Positions 22,601-35,127 of a DNA stretch of 64,000 bases are shown here, in pieces. A program made the translations under genes and the position numbers. Below the pieces are notes generated by a model. The model was not told the origin of the DNA, searched no databases, and was given only the letters and a program-made list of their open reading frames with translations. Within the stretch, counting starts at the first letter, position 1; each line of letters begins with the position of its first letter. This stretch comes from Balanoglossus misakiensis (taxonomy: Eukaryota; Animalia; Hemichordata), in contig CM082584.2 in assembly GCA_040954595.2 (NCBI GenBank), forward strand, positions 10,014,190 to 10,078,189, given 5' to 3'.

Positions 22601-25600
22601 CGAGCCTCCTCCCTCTTCCTCCTCCCGTTCTTCCTCCTGCTCATCAATTTTTTATTTGCAAATTTTCACATCTTGTGCGCATGTTCTTTCAATTATACTG
22701 CGTCTTCATGATTTGGACGCTTCCTGGTGATGCGCCATTTGCCAGACGGCCACCAAGTTGGACGCATGCTCTCTACTGTTCAAGGTAGGCTTCTTTTGTT
22801 TGCCGCGCGCCTCTTGTGGCATTGTACAGAGACAGAATCTTCGTAAAAATCACGAGAGCTCCTCTCTCCTTCGCACTGTTTTCAAGGGTGGTGTGACATT
22901 TATACCGAACAACTTCCCTTCTTCCTTTTTTTTCAACACGCGGAATCGACTCCCAACGGATGATGGGCACTAGCTAAATTGAAGTTTTATCCACTTTGCT
23001 TATGCTGTTATAACCGTTGCTATCACAATACCCGCATAGCGATACTCAACCATAACAAAGCAAACGGCTCACACTTTCCTGTGCCGCAAAACTCACCACT
23101 TTCAATTTTGTTAATTTTTTGAGTTGTTTGAAAACTATCATTCTATTACCATTTGGAGAGAACGATGCACTCGATTTGTACATGGCGTACTGCATTGGCA
23201 TTTTCCTTTTGTGTTTACATCGAATCTTTAGTAAAATACTTGCACTCGTTTTCATCGTCTGCTTACTCGATATATCTTTTACCGCCAATATACTTTCATA
23301 AATCGTCTCTTACAGGAAAAAAAACATGTCGCCAACATTACTACGATTGCCATCTATCTAGGCCCTCATATCCATTGAATAGCACAGGTAATAAAGCAAC
23401 CGATTGTCGGAGAATCCAACGATACCCTCTTCACCGCACAATTACGTAAAACCAGCATTATGCAGGTAGTTTTGCGAACTTCCGATTTGCGATATGCGAA
23501 GAGACAAAACGTCTCAAATCGCTAACAGCCAGGATTTCTCGATGAATGCATATAAAAGAAATATTTTTCCGGTATACTCCAGTATGTTATTTTTCTTAAT
23601 TCCAACGGTTTCACTAAAACCACTACAGCTATGCTCTTCTGGTTCGGCTTCAACATACTCTACTGAGTTTTAATCGCTGACAACTGAAAGCCTTCTCTGA
23701 TAAAAAGTTTTTCGGGAAACTTTTTTTTCAATTACACAATGCAGACACAAATAAAACGTTCTGTATCCCGTTGCTAAGTTGATTTTTCATCTGAAGCTAC
23801 TCTAATGAAATATGAGAAAGTTTCTTGGAGTGAGTGCCGTGGTAAAAATGCATCATCAGTCAACTTTAGAGTTGCAATATTTACAGGAGAAATTTTCGAA
23901 GCTCCCCGTTTGGACGTAAAGTACGATTAGAGTTATTTTGATATAATTTACTTAGGCGTTTTTATCAGTGATTGTATGTCACAAGATAAGGTGGAAATAC
24001 ATATACATGTAATACCTGTCATGTCCTCCTCCCGGGTAAAAATATGTACTATGTTATTCACCTTACCTGGCGTGACTTTGACGGACAGGTTCTTTACAAA
24101 TTGCATCAAGCTATTTCCCGACATAGTTTCCTTACAAGTGTTTGATCACACAAGCGTCATTGATGCTTTTGACTTTGAACATCCACCCGTCTCTCGTTAA
24201 CTTTACTGGTGTGTTAAATGGTTCTAAGGTTAATTGACGCTGCTATTCAAACCAATTGACTCTGTTCGCCATTAGTGGACACTATTTTATAGAACAGGAA
24301 TGATCAGAACGATTACAAGGATCGGACAATGAAAGCGATTTCCCCTGTGACACGGTGTTAGAACCTCAGAACGTAATTCACAAGTTTCAATGAATGCAAA
24401 AGAAAATGGATCTCTTCAGGTTGCTGACTGCCTGTAAATCCGGTCTGAACATGCACCAACTTGAAGTGCGAATTGTGAAAAAAATATATTGAGTTCTATA
24501 CTCTTTGAGAGCTACGGGCATGGCGGTTATTTTTGGAGTGCAAAATTGGCGAAATTATTTCTTTCTGTTAAATCCATGTGCACGCAATGCATTGCTTTGC
24601 TTTGAGTTCATACAGAGTCTGATCGTTGTTGGCAACTGCGTGATGCCAAATTTGTGAAGCCACACAATGATTACTCTCCTCGTCCCTCAATCATCATCGT
24701 TGTAGTCAACTCTCGTGTCAATCACATTGCGTAATAAACAGAACACTTATTTTTTATTGCCAAATGACGCGAGTCTTAGAGAGCTGTCAGAGGTGTTATC
24801 TATACATATTGATACAGGCACGTCACTGGGAGTAAACACCACTGGGCCCTGGCTGTGCCTTACACATGGTAGAGAAGAGTCCTCGTTCTCTACGTTAATA
24901 TCACAATACTGAAATCAGCACTACATCATGCCCTTGATGACCCTTCTATACTACACGAATACCTATAGATGCATTACAACACGACATACTTTTGGGGGGC
25001 ACTTTGTAATGTTGTTTTGCCAAACATATGGTAAGACCAGAAGTTTGACGATACTGTGCATTTTTTTTTGTCATAAAATATTCTCCATTCCATCACCTCC
25101 TCAGACTTTCACTTGACGGATCACGAATTATTGGAAGAGTGTTGATCGCATAAATGACGTCATCATCAAATTCAAAGTGGAAAACTAACCAGAGTAAATG
25201 TTGCCTTTGTGGACACGATAAAAGGAACTCCTAGAGTCTCCAACTAATTCTGTATGCAATGGGGTACTTAGTAAGATAGCTACTGAAATAACGCAGGAAA
25301 AATTCCTCTACTTCATGCGATAAATGCTCTTCGAATAGTTCGTGATCCATCAATGTTAGACGAAGATGAGGCTTCAAAGTCCCCTACCAGTTTCGTATGT
25401 AATGGAGCAGGATGATGGCTGTCATATTGCAAAAAAGGCTTTCCATTAACCAGTGCTCCTCATCTAACCTTGGTGGATCAAAAATAATTGGAAGAACAAT
25501 TATCGTGCGAAATATGCCTAGAGGAAAATTTTCACAGTATTCCCAACGCCGTCTGGTTATTCTAATTATTGGCAAAGACACCGACATAGTGTGCATTTGA

Positions 25601-26670
25601 TTTTAGCCAGTTGTATTAATTCTACGGCAGTCAAACAAAAAACCAGGTCACTGCCGGCGTAGTTGTCACAATCCTAACAATCATAACTACAGTGATGTTA
25701 CGTGCCAATCAGTCCCTTTTCAGATGGACTGCACTTTATCAGTCTAACATGCTGTGACATTTCGATGATTGAGATAAAATGAAAGAAATACCTCCGCGTG
25801 GCAACAGACGGCTTATTGCCCATGCGTGTAGTGTACTAGTCGTACGTGCCCTGTAATAATGTTTTAAACATGGCATACTGCCACACACACACACACCAAG
25901 AATGAAATTAGTATCCCCAGATGAACGGGAAATTGACTACACCCTGACAACGGCGTCATGGCAACGCTTTGTTAAACCACTGATTATACCCAATTGTAGA
26001 CTGGGGGATTCCAACCAAAATGAGGATAGTTAGTTGGAAAATCTCCCACAGATTGATTATGGATCGAGTATATTCATATGTCTTGATTATGACAAGAACA
26101 GTGATCAGAAAATAAACCAAACAAACAGACAGACAGATAGACGGACAGAGAGACAGACGATCAATCATTGAATGTACACCTATTCGTATCAAAGTGCTGT
26201 GTACGACAAACATGGACAAAATGGCGGGTTGACATGAATTCGTTTATGTATCCATAAAACACCGGTTCACAGTTACGGACCACTCCTGACACAAAACACT
26301 GAAGGATTATTGTATTTATCGCTTATCGCCCACAAAATCACAGCAAAGACTACTCGGTGGTATTTAAATTACGAAAGTCTGACCTGAGAGAAAGAGTCTG
26401 GCTGTGATTTCCCGCGAGATACGAAACCTCACTGGCACCATGTGTTAAATTAATTACAAAACGGTCGGAAACTGAACAGTTTGTGAATAGAATACATGTA
26501 CTAGTACCGTACATACCGGTACACATTGTTGCATTTGCTAGGAAATGATAATTTCGTTTTTTTCCTGAAAAAGTCCATTTATTAGGAAACATACATTTCC
26601 TCCTGAATAACGTGTTTGCAAAGGTGTAAAGTGCTTGTTTGGTAATGTTTTTTTTTTCATATTGTTTCTA

Positions 26671-26680
26671 TTTATTGCAG
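26671..26680 (+). other. Splice acceptor of a 5'UTR intron of the GPCR gene (exon starts ~26681)
   Basis: Long T-rich tract ending tttattgcag|G, 185 nt upstream of the ATG. This layout is common for GPCRs with an intronless CDS. Confidence 0.55.
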
Positions 26681-26865
26681 GAAGAACTGCTGCCGTGAAG
26701 TGTGATAATGATTTGGAAAAGTGCGTGTCTAATTTGACTTGTACATCAGCTTAGACAAAGTTCAGCGTGACACGTGGTGGTTGGAGGAAAAACACCGCAG
26801 TCGTCAGTATCTGAGAAAAAAACGACAGCAATTTCCCGCCGGCGCCAAACAGATTTAACTGAACG

Positions 26866-27918
26866 ATGGAGAACACTACAGATGCAAACATGACTCTTCT
26901 CACAACTACACCTGCTGATTTGATGAATACAACTGCCGGGGAACAGTATTTGCCGAATCTGTACAATGACCCGCTGGCTATGAAGGTGTGTTTTGGCATC
27001 ATCGGTGTGATAGGCACTGTGGGGAACACACTGGTGGTCACCGTTTTCTTGCGCAAGAGCTACGCCAGCTCTCACGGTCTGAACAGTACGAACATCTTCA
27101 TCATCAACCAGTCCTGCATCGACTTGGTCAGCTCCATACTGTTGATCGTCAACAACCTGATCGTCATCACCTATGTGCCGCCGGGTCTCGGCGGCGACAT
27201 TCTGTGCAAGCTGTGGGTGTCCAGCAAGTACCCGATGTGGGCGTGCTTTCTCGGCTCCACGTTCAACCTGGTCGGGCTGACCCTGGAGCGCTACTTCGCC
27301 ATCGTCCACCCCATCATCCACCACACCAAGTTCACCAAGCGGAAGGCCAAGATCATGGCCATCTCCGTCTGGCCGTTCTGCTTCACCTACGAGCTGCACT
27401 GGGCCCTGGTGCACGCCAGCGACGGGCGGGGCGGCTGCCTGACGGTCTACTACGATTTCCTCACCATCCTGGGCACCGTCGTGCTGATATTTCAGTACCT
27501 CATCCCGCTGTTCATCATGGTGTACTCGTACGTGGCCATCCTGCGCGTGGTGCGGCGACAGAGCAGGGTCAAGCCGGGCGACGAGGTCAACATGGAGGGG
27601 GGCCAGACGGCGGGGAACCAGCCGCAGCAGCTCTCGCGCACCGAGAAGAACGTCATCATGACGCTCCTCATCGTGGTGGTCATGTACATCATCTGCTGGT
27701 CGCCCAACCAGATCTACTACTTCTTTTTCAACCTCGGAATCAGCAGCATCGAGATAAACGGCGTGTTTTTCCAGTACACGGTGGTGTCTGTCTGCTGCAA
27801 CATGTGCATCAACCCGTTCATCTACGCCGCTAAGTTGAAAGATTTCCGCGAGGAAGCAGCTAAAATGTTCAGCTGTGGAAAGAAGAACAAACCGGCTTTT
27901 GTTGTCGTCAATGATTAG
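26866..27918 (+). CDS. Class A (rhodopsin-like) GPCR, 350 aa, intronless CDS; peptide-receptor-like (galanin/allatostatin-A-receptor-like), ligand unknown
   Basis: Seven hydrophobic segments. Motifs: GN (TM1), NQSCIDL (TM2), C at the top of TM3, ERY, W (TM4), P (TM5 YLIPL), CWSP (TM6), NPFIY (TM7), helix 8 FREE followed by Cys. N-glycosylation sequons NTT, NMT and NTT in the N-terminus. Confidence 0.97.
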   Translation: MENTTDANMTLLTTTPADLMNTTAGEQYLPNLYNDPLAMKVCFGIIGVIGTVGNTLVVTVFLRKSYASSHGLNSTNIFIINQSCIDLVSSILLIVNNLIVITYVPPGLGGDILCKLWVSSKYPMWACFLGSTFNLVGLTLERYFAIVHPIIHHTKFTKRKAKIMAISVWPFCFTYELHWALVHASDGRGGCLTVYYDFLTILGTVVLIFQYLIPLFIMVYSYVAILRVVRRQSRVKPGDEVNMEGGQTAGNQPQQLSRTEKNVIMTLLIVVVMYIICWSPNQIYYFFFNLGISSIEINGVFFQYTVVSVCCNMCINPFIYAAKLKDFREEAAKMFSCGKKNKPAFVVVND

Positions 27919-27977
27919 GGGGAACCCACCACAAATACAGATATCCACCGCCAATTCAGCTGATCTCCCAGTAATAC

Positions 27978-28030
27978 CATCATCATCATCATCATCATCA
28001 TCACCTTCACAACCACCACCACCACCACCA
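27978..28030. repeat. (CAT)n/(CCA)n microsatellite in GPCR 3'UTR
   Basis: Direct reading of the sequence. Confidence 0.9.
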
Positions 28031-28698
28031 ATAACATGCAACATTACAAGGCGGACTGTTATTTGCACTTTGATCTATATCTGCCAATGTACGATTGTTA
28101 TTTCACTAAAATATGATCTCTTTCTATCACAAATTTTAGAGGAGTGGTACCTTCTTGTAAGAAGTCAAACTGGTTCAACCGACTCGTACATGATTACAGC
28201 TTTTACATTATACACATTTAAAAGTGAAAAAAACAGATATACTTCAAGTATACCGAGGGCACACTTTAGTTATGACTGATTGATTTTCATATATTCAGGT
28301 TTTTTCCCCTGCACTCTAAATGATATATAATTACATAAGAGCTTATATTTATTGAATACTTCTGCTATACATACAATTCATATCGCCCTTTGTCTTTCAG
28401 CAATAAGCATGCATACGTGTATATGTCTGCAAGTTGTAGTGGCATGCGTGAGCGCTTCTTATATCAAGTGGACATCATGAATTGTCCATCTACTGTAATT
28501 AGTGTAAATATTGTGGCATTTCGCCTAAATGTAGGAATATCATGAGTTGATATTAATAGCCAATTCTGTTGTACATAACTTGCATATGCAGTAAATGTTC
28601 TATTTATTCCAGAAATCTAACTTTTTTATATTTAGAACAGATCAGTGTAATATGAATCAATTTTAATGTAGATATATATTATATCATTTACTCTTAAA

Positions 28699-28704
28699 AA
28701 TAAA
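28699..28704 (+). terminator. Candidate polyadenylation signal of GPCR gene
   Basis: AATAAA after an AT-rich ~780-nt 3'UTR, followed by a GT/T-rich element (tgtgtctgtctgtcttctt). Confidence 0.55.
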
Positions 28705-29829
28705 ACAATGTTCTGATATATGTCATATTATGTGTCTGTCTGTCTTCTTGGGTAATGTGTTATTTCTTGTTGTTGAACAGAAACGCCCAACAGCGGTAAC
28801 TTCTATCTACATTATGGCCTAAACTAAGGAACTACATTGTATGAGCCATCGCGGAGGGAGACCACTCGCTGTGGCTTTGGGGAGTGGTCACATGTGCGCT
28901 CGTGCATGTTCGTGATGTGCCCCATTTTAATTGCCCTTCTGTTAGTGCAATACCCTACTATGCATCCTGTATAGTTCAGGGTGCCTGTACTTTCCGGTCG
29001 AGAAAGGTCGGAGGCGACCTCTGAAGTCTTTAGGATAGTGAATTGGTTGCGATAGTAACGGACTCCTTACATTAATTTACTAGACATGTATACCCTAACA
29101 GCAACCGTTTGTTGAGTGATGTCATAATATTACTTTGAACTTTTCAGTGTGGCCAATTTCCAATAGCAAAATTTCGTATTTCAAAAGCATAAAATTTAGT
29201 TAAACACTCTAAATGGGATGTGTATTTATACTAGTCATTACGCATTGTTGATTTACAAATGGCCTATATGGAGGTTAGCGCATCAAAATTCCGATTCTTT
29301 TTTCATCGTCTGCATGATGTCCAATAGAAGATGTCTGTCACACATACAATATAAAAGTTCCCGCTGTTTTGGAATAACCCCGCATTTTCACGGGAATAAC
29401 GCTTAACAATGCGTGACCTTCAGCGGATCAGCCACGGATTTGTTTATTATAAATCTTGTGCAAAGATAGAGCTAGCAGATAGCTTCAACGGTCATTTACA
29501 ATTGACTGAAGTGTGGAACAAAAAAGGAATATGGTTGGGTTGATAGAAGAGGACAGGTGTGCAATGAAATACTCGGCCGCCTTTGGCGTGCTGCTCATTT
29601 TGGACTGTAACCACGTCACCCGAATCTAGTGTTTCCCTACTCTTGGTGACAACAAACGAGAAAGGCAAACACCTCACGGGGCAATAAAGGAGAAAAATAC
29701 ACTCTAATCATTCAGAAATCTTCTCAAGCATGCTGAGGAAACGCACGTGTGATTGATCACAAGATGTGGGCGTTTTTCCTCCCCGTACTCTCCTTCTACA
29801 GTAATGTCGTTCAAGGGGACAAACTCGAG

Positions 29830-29965
29830 GGACGTGTTTGAAGACGTCATCATAGTATCAAGTTTAAGCCCGAAAAAAAATGACCGAGATTAGGTGGCAA
29901 TATGGAGGACGTGTTTTGAGACGTCATCGTAGTATCAAGTTTAAGTGGTAAGAATGACCGAGATT
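29830..29965. repeat. Two-copy direct repeat, ~77-bp period
   Basis: GGACGTGTTTGAAGACGTCATCATAGTATCAAGTTTAAG...AATGACCGAGATT versus GGACGTGTTTTGAGACGTCATCGTAGTATCAAGTTTAAG...AATGACCGAGATT. Confidence 0.85.
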
Positions 29966-32900
29966 TCATGTACATGGCCGTGGCAAATTCTGACTCGTTA
30001 GTTTGTCACTGGACAGTTTTCAAGATATTCATTGCCATGCGTTTCAACGCAAATGCGGGTCAGAGAATGGGCACCACAGACGTAGTTTGCCCAGTTAAAA
30101 TATCCCCTGACAACTAATAAGAGCCTAAAGCAGTCTGGGGTTAATAGTTCTTCATTCATCGGTAAGTTCCTACACTGACCTCTGTTTAATGCAGCAGTAT
30201 TTCGCTCAGCCCTCAATAGCCAAATGGACGCATGCAGAAATCGTATGAGAGTATGTGTATCTGTGTGAGTGATAAACTAGAAGATTGAAACAAAATCCAT
30301 GTTGCTTCAGGCCAAATAAAAAAAAGGAGAAATAGACTCTACCATGCAGGTATGTGTTTTCATTACAGGAGGTACTTTTTGCGATCTAGTGTAACTTCCA
30401 TAGCACAAATCAAGTAACACATCGCGGGCGTACGACACAATTCATGATGTCAAAGCCGCGAATTTAATAAAAATGCCAGCATGGCATGAATCTGTTTCAA
30501 CAAGGAACATTATTAAATGCTGTAGTTTTTGTTCAAAGGAATATTGCAATCGTTGCTCTTTTTTTCAAAATTCGGGCAGCATGAACACCATCTTCCAGAC
30601 AGGAGTGCAATAAATTAGCAACGTGAATACAACAGCACGCGTCACATCCCATCCACCAGGAAATCGGCTCCTTTTGATGACCCCATTTCCCGCGCAAAAT
30701 CCTGGTCTGAAATGCAAACCATTTCAGGCCACGTTCTGATTGTATCGCAAACGTCATGCGAGAAGCTGTATCGATATCAATCCAATGTTCCCACTGGTTA
30801 ATATCTAGTGTGACCCGAATGTAGGGCTTCCATACTTTCAAAATAGCCCATTTCGCCGTCCTGCTGTAGTAAACATGTTTGTTCGACAGCAATGAGTGAA
30901 CATGCGCTGGACGATAGTTTCTGTTCGTGGGTGGAAAAGGAGAACACACCTGTGTAAACCCAGGAAGACTCGAACGTGTATACGTGATACCAAGGAAGAC
31001 AAGCGCCCACTTATACCTTGTCTTCGGTCAGAGCCAGTGGGACTTTGCATTATTAAGTTAGACAAGATGTGCTCTTGCCCGTGAGACATGCCTACGACCG
31101 GTGGGGACCGACGTGGTCTGCTGCTTTTTGGTGTCGGTTGTGTTTTGTTGGCATGGAAACACCCATATATGAATTTCAATCACACTCATGTCGCTTTTCT
31201 GCCATTTGTTATAGAAGATGTGAAGTCATTTTACGGCGAACGAATAAATCGTGATGTCAGAACCAAACTACGTATATATTATGCCTCGACGTACGATACT
31301 GGTACGGAATAACCTTTCTGAAGGAGTTAATATCCGCGAAAGCAATACATTAACCCAGTGTGATTAATCGCCTTTTTTAAGGTTATGGCATATGTGTATT
31401 TAATGAACTTCTGTCAGAGCGGGGGCCATTTCCCCCATGTTACTCGCAGAATACAATCGGCTCATTTCTGTCTTTTTGTATGTCTTCCCGTAGATAACAT
31501 TAAGTTCAGTGTCTGCGAAAAATTCCCCAAATGAGTTTCCTTTCCGCGAAAGGCAGTGCCAAACAACCCTTGTACTTTAATAAAATCTAGCCGCGCGTCA
31601 TCACAAAGTCTAATATGGTCGTTTTCACAGTGGCGGGGAAAACTATCTCGCATTGATTGTGAGTTTTTTATGTCTGTTTCTAAAGGAAAGGCGTTAATAA
31701 AGACTAAATAAAAGAAGCGGGCACTACTAACAACGTCAAGATGCCTTGAAGTGAAAGGTTTCGACATGTATACGGTTAATTCAACAAGGAAGAAGGAATG
31801 AGTCGGTGAATGGCAGAGGAGGAAATTACGGCGCAGCTGAAATCTGATATGCTGCAGAGAGGGAAAAAAGTGCGTGTGAAGTAATTCGCAGGGTGTATAG
31901 GAATAACAAGGTTAAATGTATCGGTTGCCAAAGTCAAGGTGTTCAAGACCACAGCTTTAGATTATTCTCTCTTAAAATTAAGTAAAAATCAAAGCCCAAC
32001 GTTTTCAATGAGAGAGCCAAATAGTCTCAAAGTTTATTCAAACTAAATGATGTGCAAAGTATATGCCATTGTACAAAGCGGGGAAAATGCATAAGTTGAA
32101 AAGGCAGCGTCTGTTTGTCGGCACTTCATCTGGTCTTATCACCAAAATTACACTTGTTTCTCGTTAGTACCAGAAATGTTTACCGCGATAAGCTATCATC
32201 CGTACCATCTAATACAAGCCTTAAAGGGACAATTTTCAATCACTGCTTCTGTCATTAGTTCTTGTTGACGTTGAATGTTGGATGGAAAGCCTTTCTTTGT
32301 CATTGAAATATTGATCAAGGTGATCCATATGGCCTGTAAATTAAGCTGATAAAGACGGCGTGTCTTTAAGAATTGTCCCCCGTCAAAAGAAAGCAAATTC
32401 TTCGGCCATGACCGTCAAAAAGATGTCGGCATCTTTAGATGGACGAACACGGAACAAGTATAATCATTTGTGGGGAAACGCAATAATGTAAACGTAAGAT
32501 AGAACAAAATTCTCACTTTGCTCCAATGCATGACATGCCTGTGAGGTGTCCGTGAGAATATTAGATGTTTTGTCTAATCATCAGAACGTACACAGCATAA
32601 AAATAGAAGAGGGAATCCTGAAGCGTGTTTCATATTAGTCATCCGAGAATCAGAACAATAATTGAATCTAAACTTTGCAAACGGCTCGCTCTTCAAAATA
32701 AATGCGACACTATCTGAAGTACAAATATCTACACAGAGAGGAGGTTCATTTCTTTCAATCCAATCACGGTGGATAAAGTTTCTCGGTTTTCTTGAAGCTT
32801 CAAATTTATTTCCGATTGTGTTTAAAATATACCTCACGGGTAACTTATTACAACATCTGTTCTTGGCTCGACATAACACTGCAGCTTAGAGTTAATTGGT

Positions 32901-35075
32901 CACGACATGTTTCACTGCTTCTTTTTGTAGTTTTAGGCACTTATTCAACTTCCAATTTATCAAACCGATTCTCACGCAATCTACACCGATTTAATTTACT
33001 GAAGCTATGCGCACGGAACGTCTGAATGTCAGCCGACGTTATTCCGGCAAAAGACTGTCGGTCTTCTCAAGAAATGCCGAGGATCAATTTTAATCATACG
33101 GCGCTAATGTGCCCACGAGCGCATATAATACTTAGTATTGAGCTGCTGTCTCCCTTTTGATGGTGGCAATCGGCTTCCCTCTCAAATATTGACATGGATA
33201 CTCCCCCCAAACAACAACAGAACCGGACAATCGTGCCTTCACGCTGTTAATTACGACTGTTAAGTCCCCTTTATGACTCCCATTGACTCAAATTCGAAGG
33301 CAATCATTCACGAAGTGGAGTCGAGCCCGTTCCTTCATTTGCTAAGTCGAAACGCCGCATTGTAATCTCAGCAAGCTTTATTGATTGCTCTGACTCGGGA
33401 GTCCTGTTAATCAATGTAATACGCGGATAACAATATTTCATCTCCTGATTGACGTTCTCGACAAATCCGATTACGCGGCAGCGGCGTACGGTACAACAGT
33501 CACGCATTCTGTTTTCGCGTACAAGTTATACCTTGTGGGTAAATTGTTGTGCAGGGTATCTGGCCACATAAACTCATTAGCCATTTATACTTCAACATTT
33601 ATGGGCGATAACGTTGTCCTCGCCGCACCACTTGAAGCTAAGCCCGTCAATCGGTCTCCCCGGTTTGACGTACTTTAGCTGAAATGACAAGTTGAATCCA
33701 TCGGGTCCATCCGATGATGCACATCTCCATGTTGCTTGTCACATTAGTAAACAAACTCCTCACACATTTTGGGGAGGCTTTCATGCGATTTTTATCACCG
33801 AAGGCTGATAATGCCCAGACCGTCCAAAAACCTGTCAAATATTTCCTTACAAATTGGCAATTTGAAGTGGCGCACAAAACGCGGTTGATGGAGGTCAGTG
33901 TAACAAAACCTGTTTCTATTATCTTGATGACAGTAAGGCCGGCAAACAACCAAGAATACATTGCTTGGTTTTTTCCCAAACAAAGCCAGCGGAACAGCCA
34001 CAATCTACCATGCATATCAAATTCGGCGCAGCCAGAACAGACGTCTTTGTTTGCACATCTTTTGCTGCTTATAAAGGAGAAACTGCCGTTTTTGTTATTA
34101 TACACGACCTTCGCGCAACGTTTATCACAATATATCGACATATCTAGCCTTAATCCCTGAAGCGTGATATTTGCCGAATTCACAATACCCAATCATAGGG
34201 GAGTCATCTTGCAGTTTCTCAGGGTTGTTGGGCATAATTTCTGCATGTAAGGAGATTTTTTAATTATAGCTCATCCGCTAACGCTTCCTATACTCCGAGA
34301 TTACAGTCATCTTGGGTTTCCACGCCTATCTGCCTCATAGATTATGGTTTAAGAAACAAACAAGCGTCAGTGCAGCTCAGCTGATCCAAAGCATGCTTGC
34401 CACTTGTTTAAAACGCATCGTCTTAATAATTTTCTTAAATTTACTGACATTCTTACTGCAAAAATTCGAAATGAAAGGACTGGATGAAAATTGACCTGCT
34501 CAGTAACATTTTTAAAATTAATATACTGATATACTCCAACATTATTGTGTACAACAAGTACTTTAAAAATCCCCTAATATGCAGGAAATTTACTTAAAAA
34601 GTGTATTTTCATCAACAATTTAGTTCCTATTGTGAGAGTTTTTCCATTTCGTCGTAAATGAAATATCCACCAGAAATAAACTAATACTGACGAAATGGGT
34701 GAATCTATAAAGCCAACCAGTAGACATGTGATTGAAAATTGTTAATAATCATCGCGGCGAATTAGCGATCATCGACTACTTAAGAGATTTCCACAACTTC
34801 TTAAGATTTGGTATTTTATTAGATTTGGTGCATCTCAATTTCTCCATTTCCCGTATTTGAATAATAACTTCATAACGCGTCCACAGCATGTGGTAATAGT
34901 GATACAGTGACGTCTCCACTAAAGCGTGTACAGCATCGGTAAGTAAGCACATGCTGGGTTTAAGAATCGCCGTAAAATTTAATCACAGTGAGTGAAACGT
35001 ATGGTTCGGGTTTGCATGATGTATCATATACTCGTGACTTCAAAGAAAGCAGGCACGTAAAAAAAACAACCAAGC

Positions 35076-35127
35076 GAGTGAGTGAGTTAATAAGTCAGAA
35101 AGTAAGTGAGCGAGTAAGTGAGTGAGT
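35076..35127. repeat. Imperfect (GAGT/AAGT)n microsatellite
   Basis: Direct reading of the sequence. Confidence 0.7.

Noticed and set aside
26988-27833. 281-aa alternative-frame sense ORF
   Set aside because: It is an R/H/P/G-rich shadow of the GC-rich GPCR codons with no domain features.
26746-28068. 440-aa antisense ORF over the GPCR
   Set aside because: It is exactly codon-registered with the GPCR and stays open because GC3 bias removes TTA/CTA/TCA codons. Its poly-G/poly-D start is the translated microsatellite.
34264-34274. TTATAGCTCAT 11-mer shared with the satellite monomer
   Set aside because: It is too short and the flanks do not match; expected by chance.
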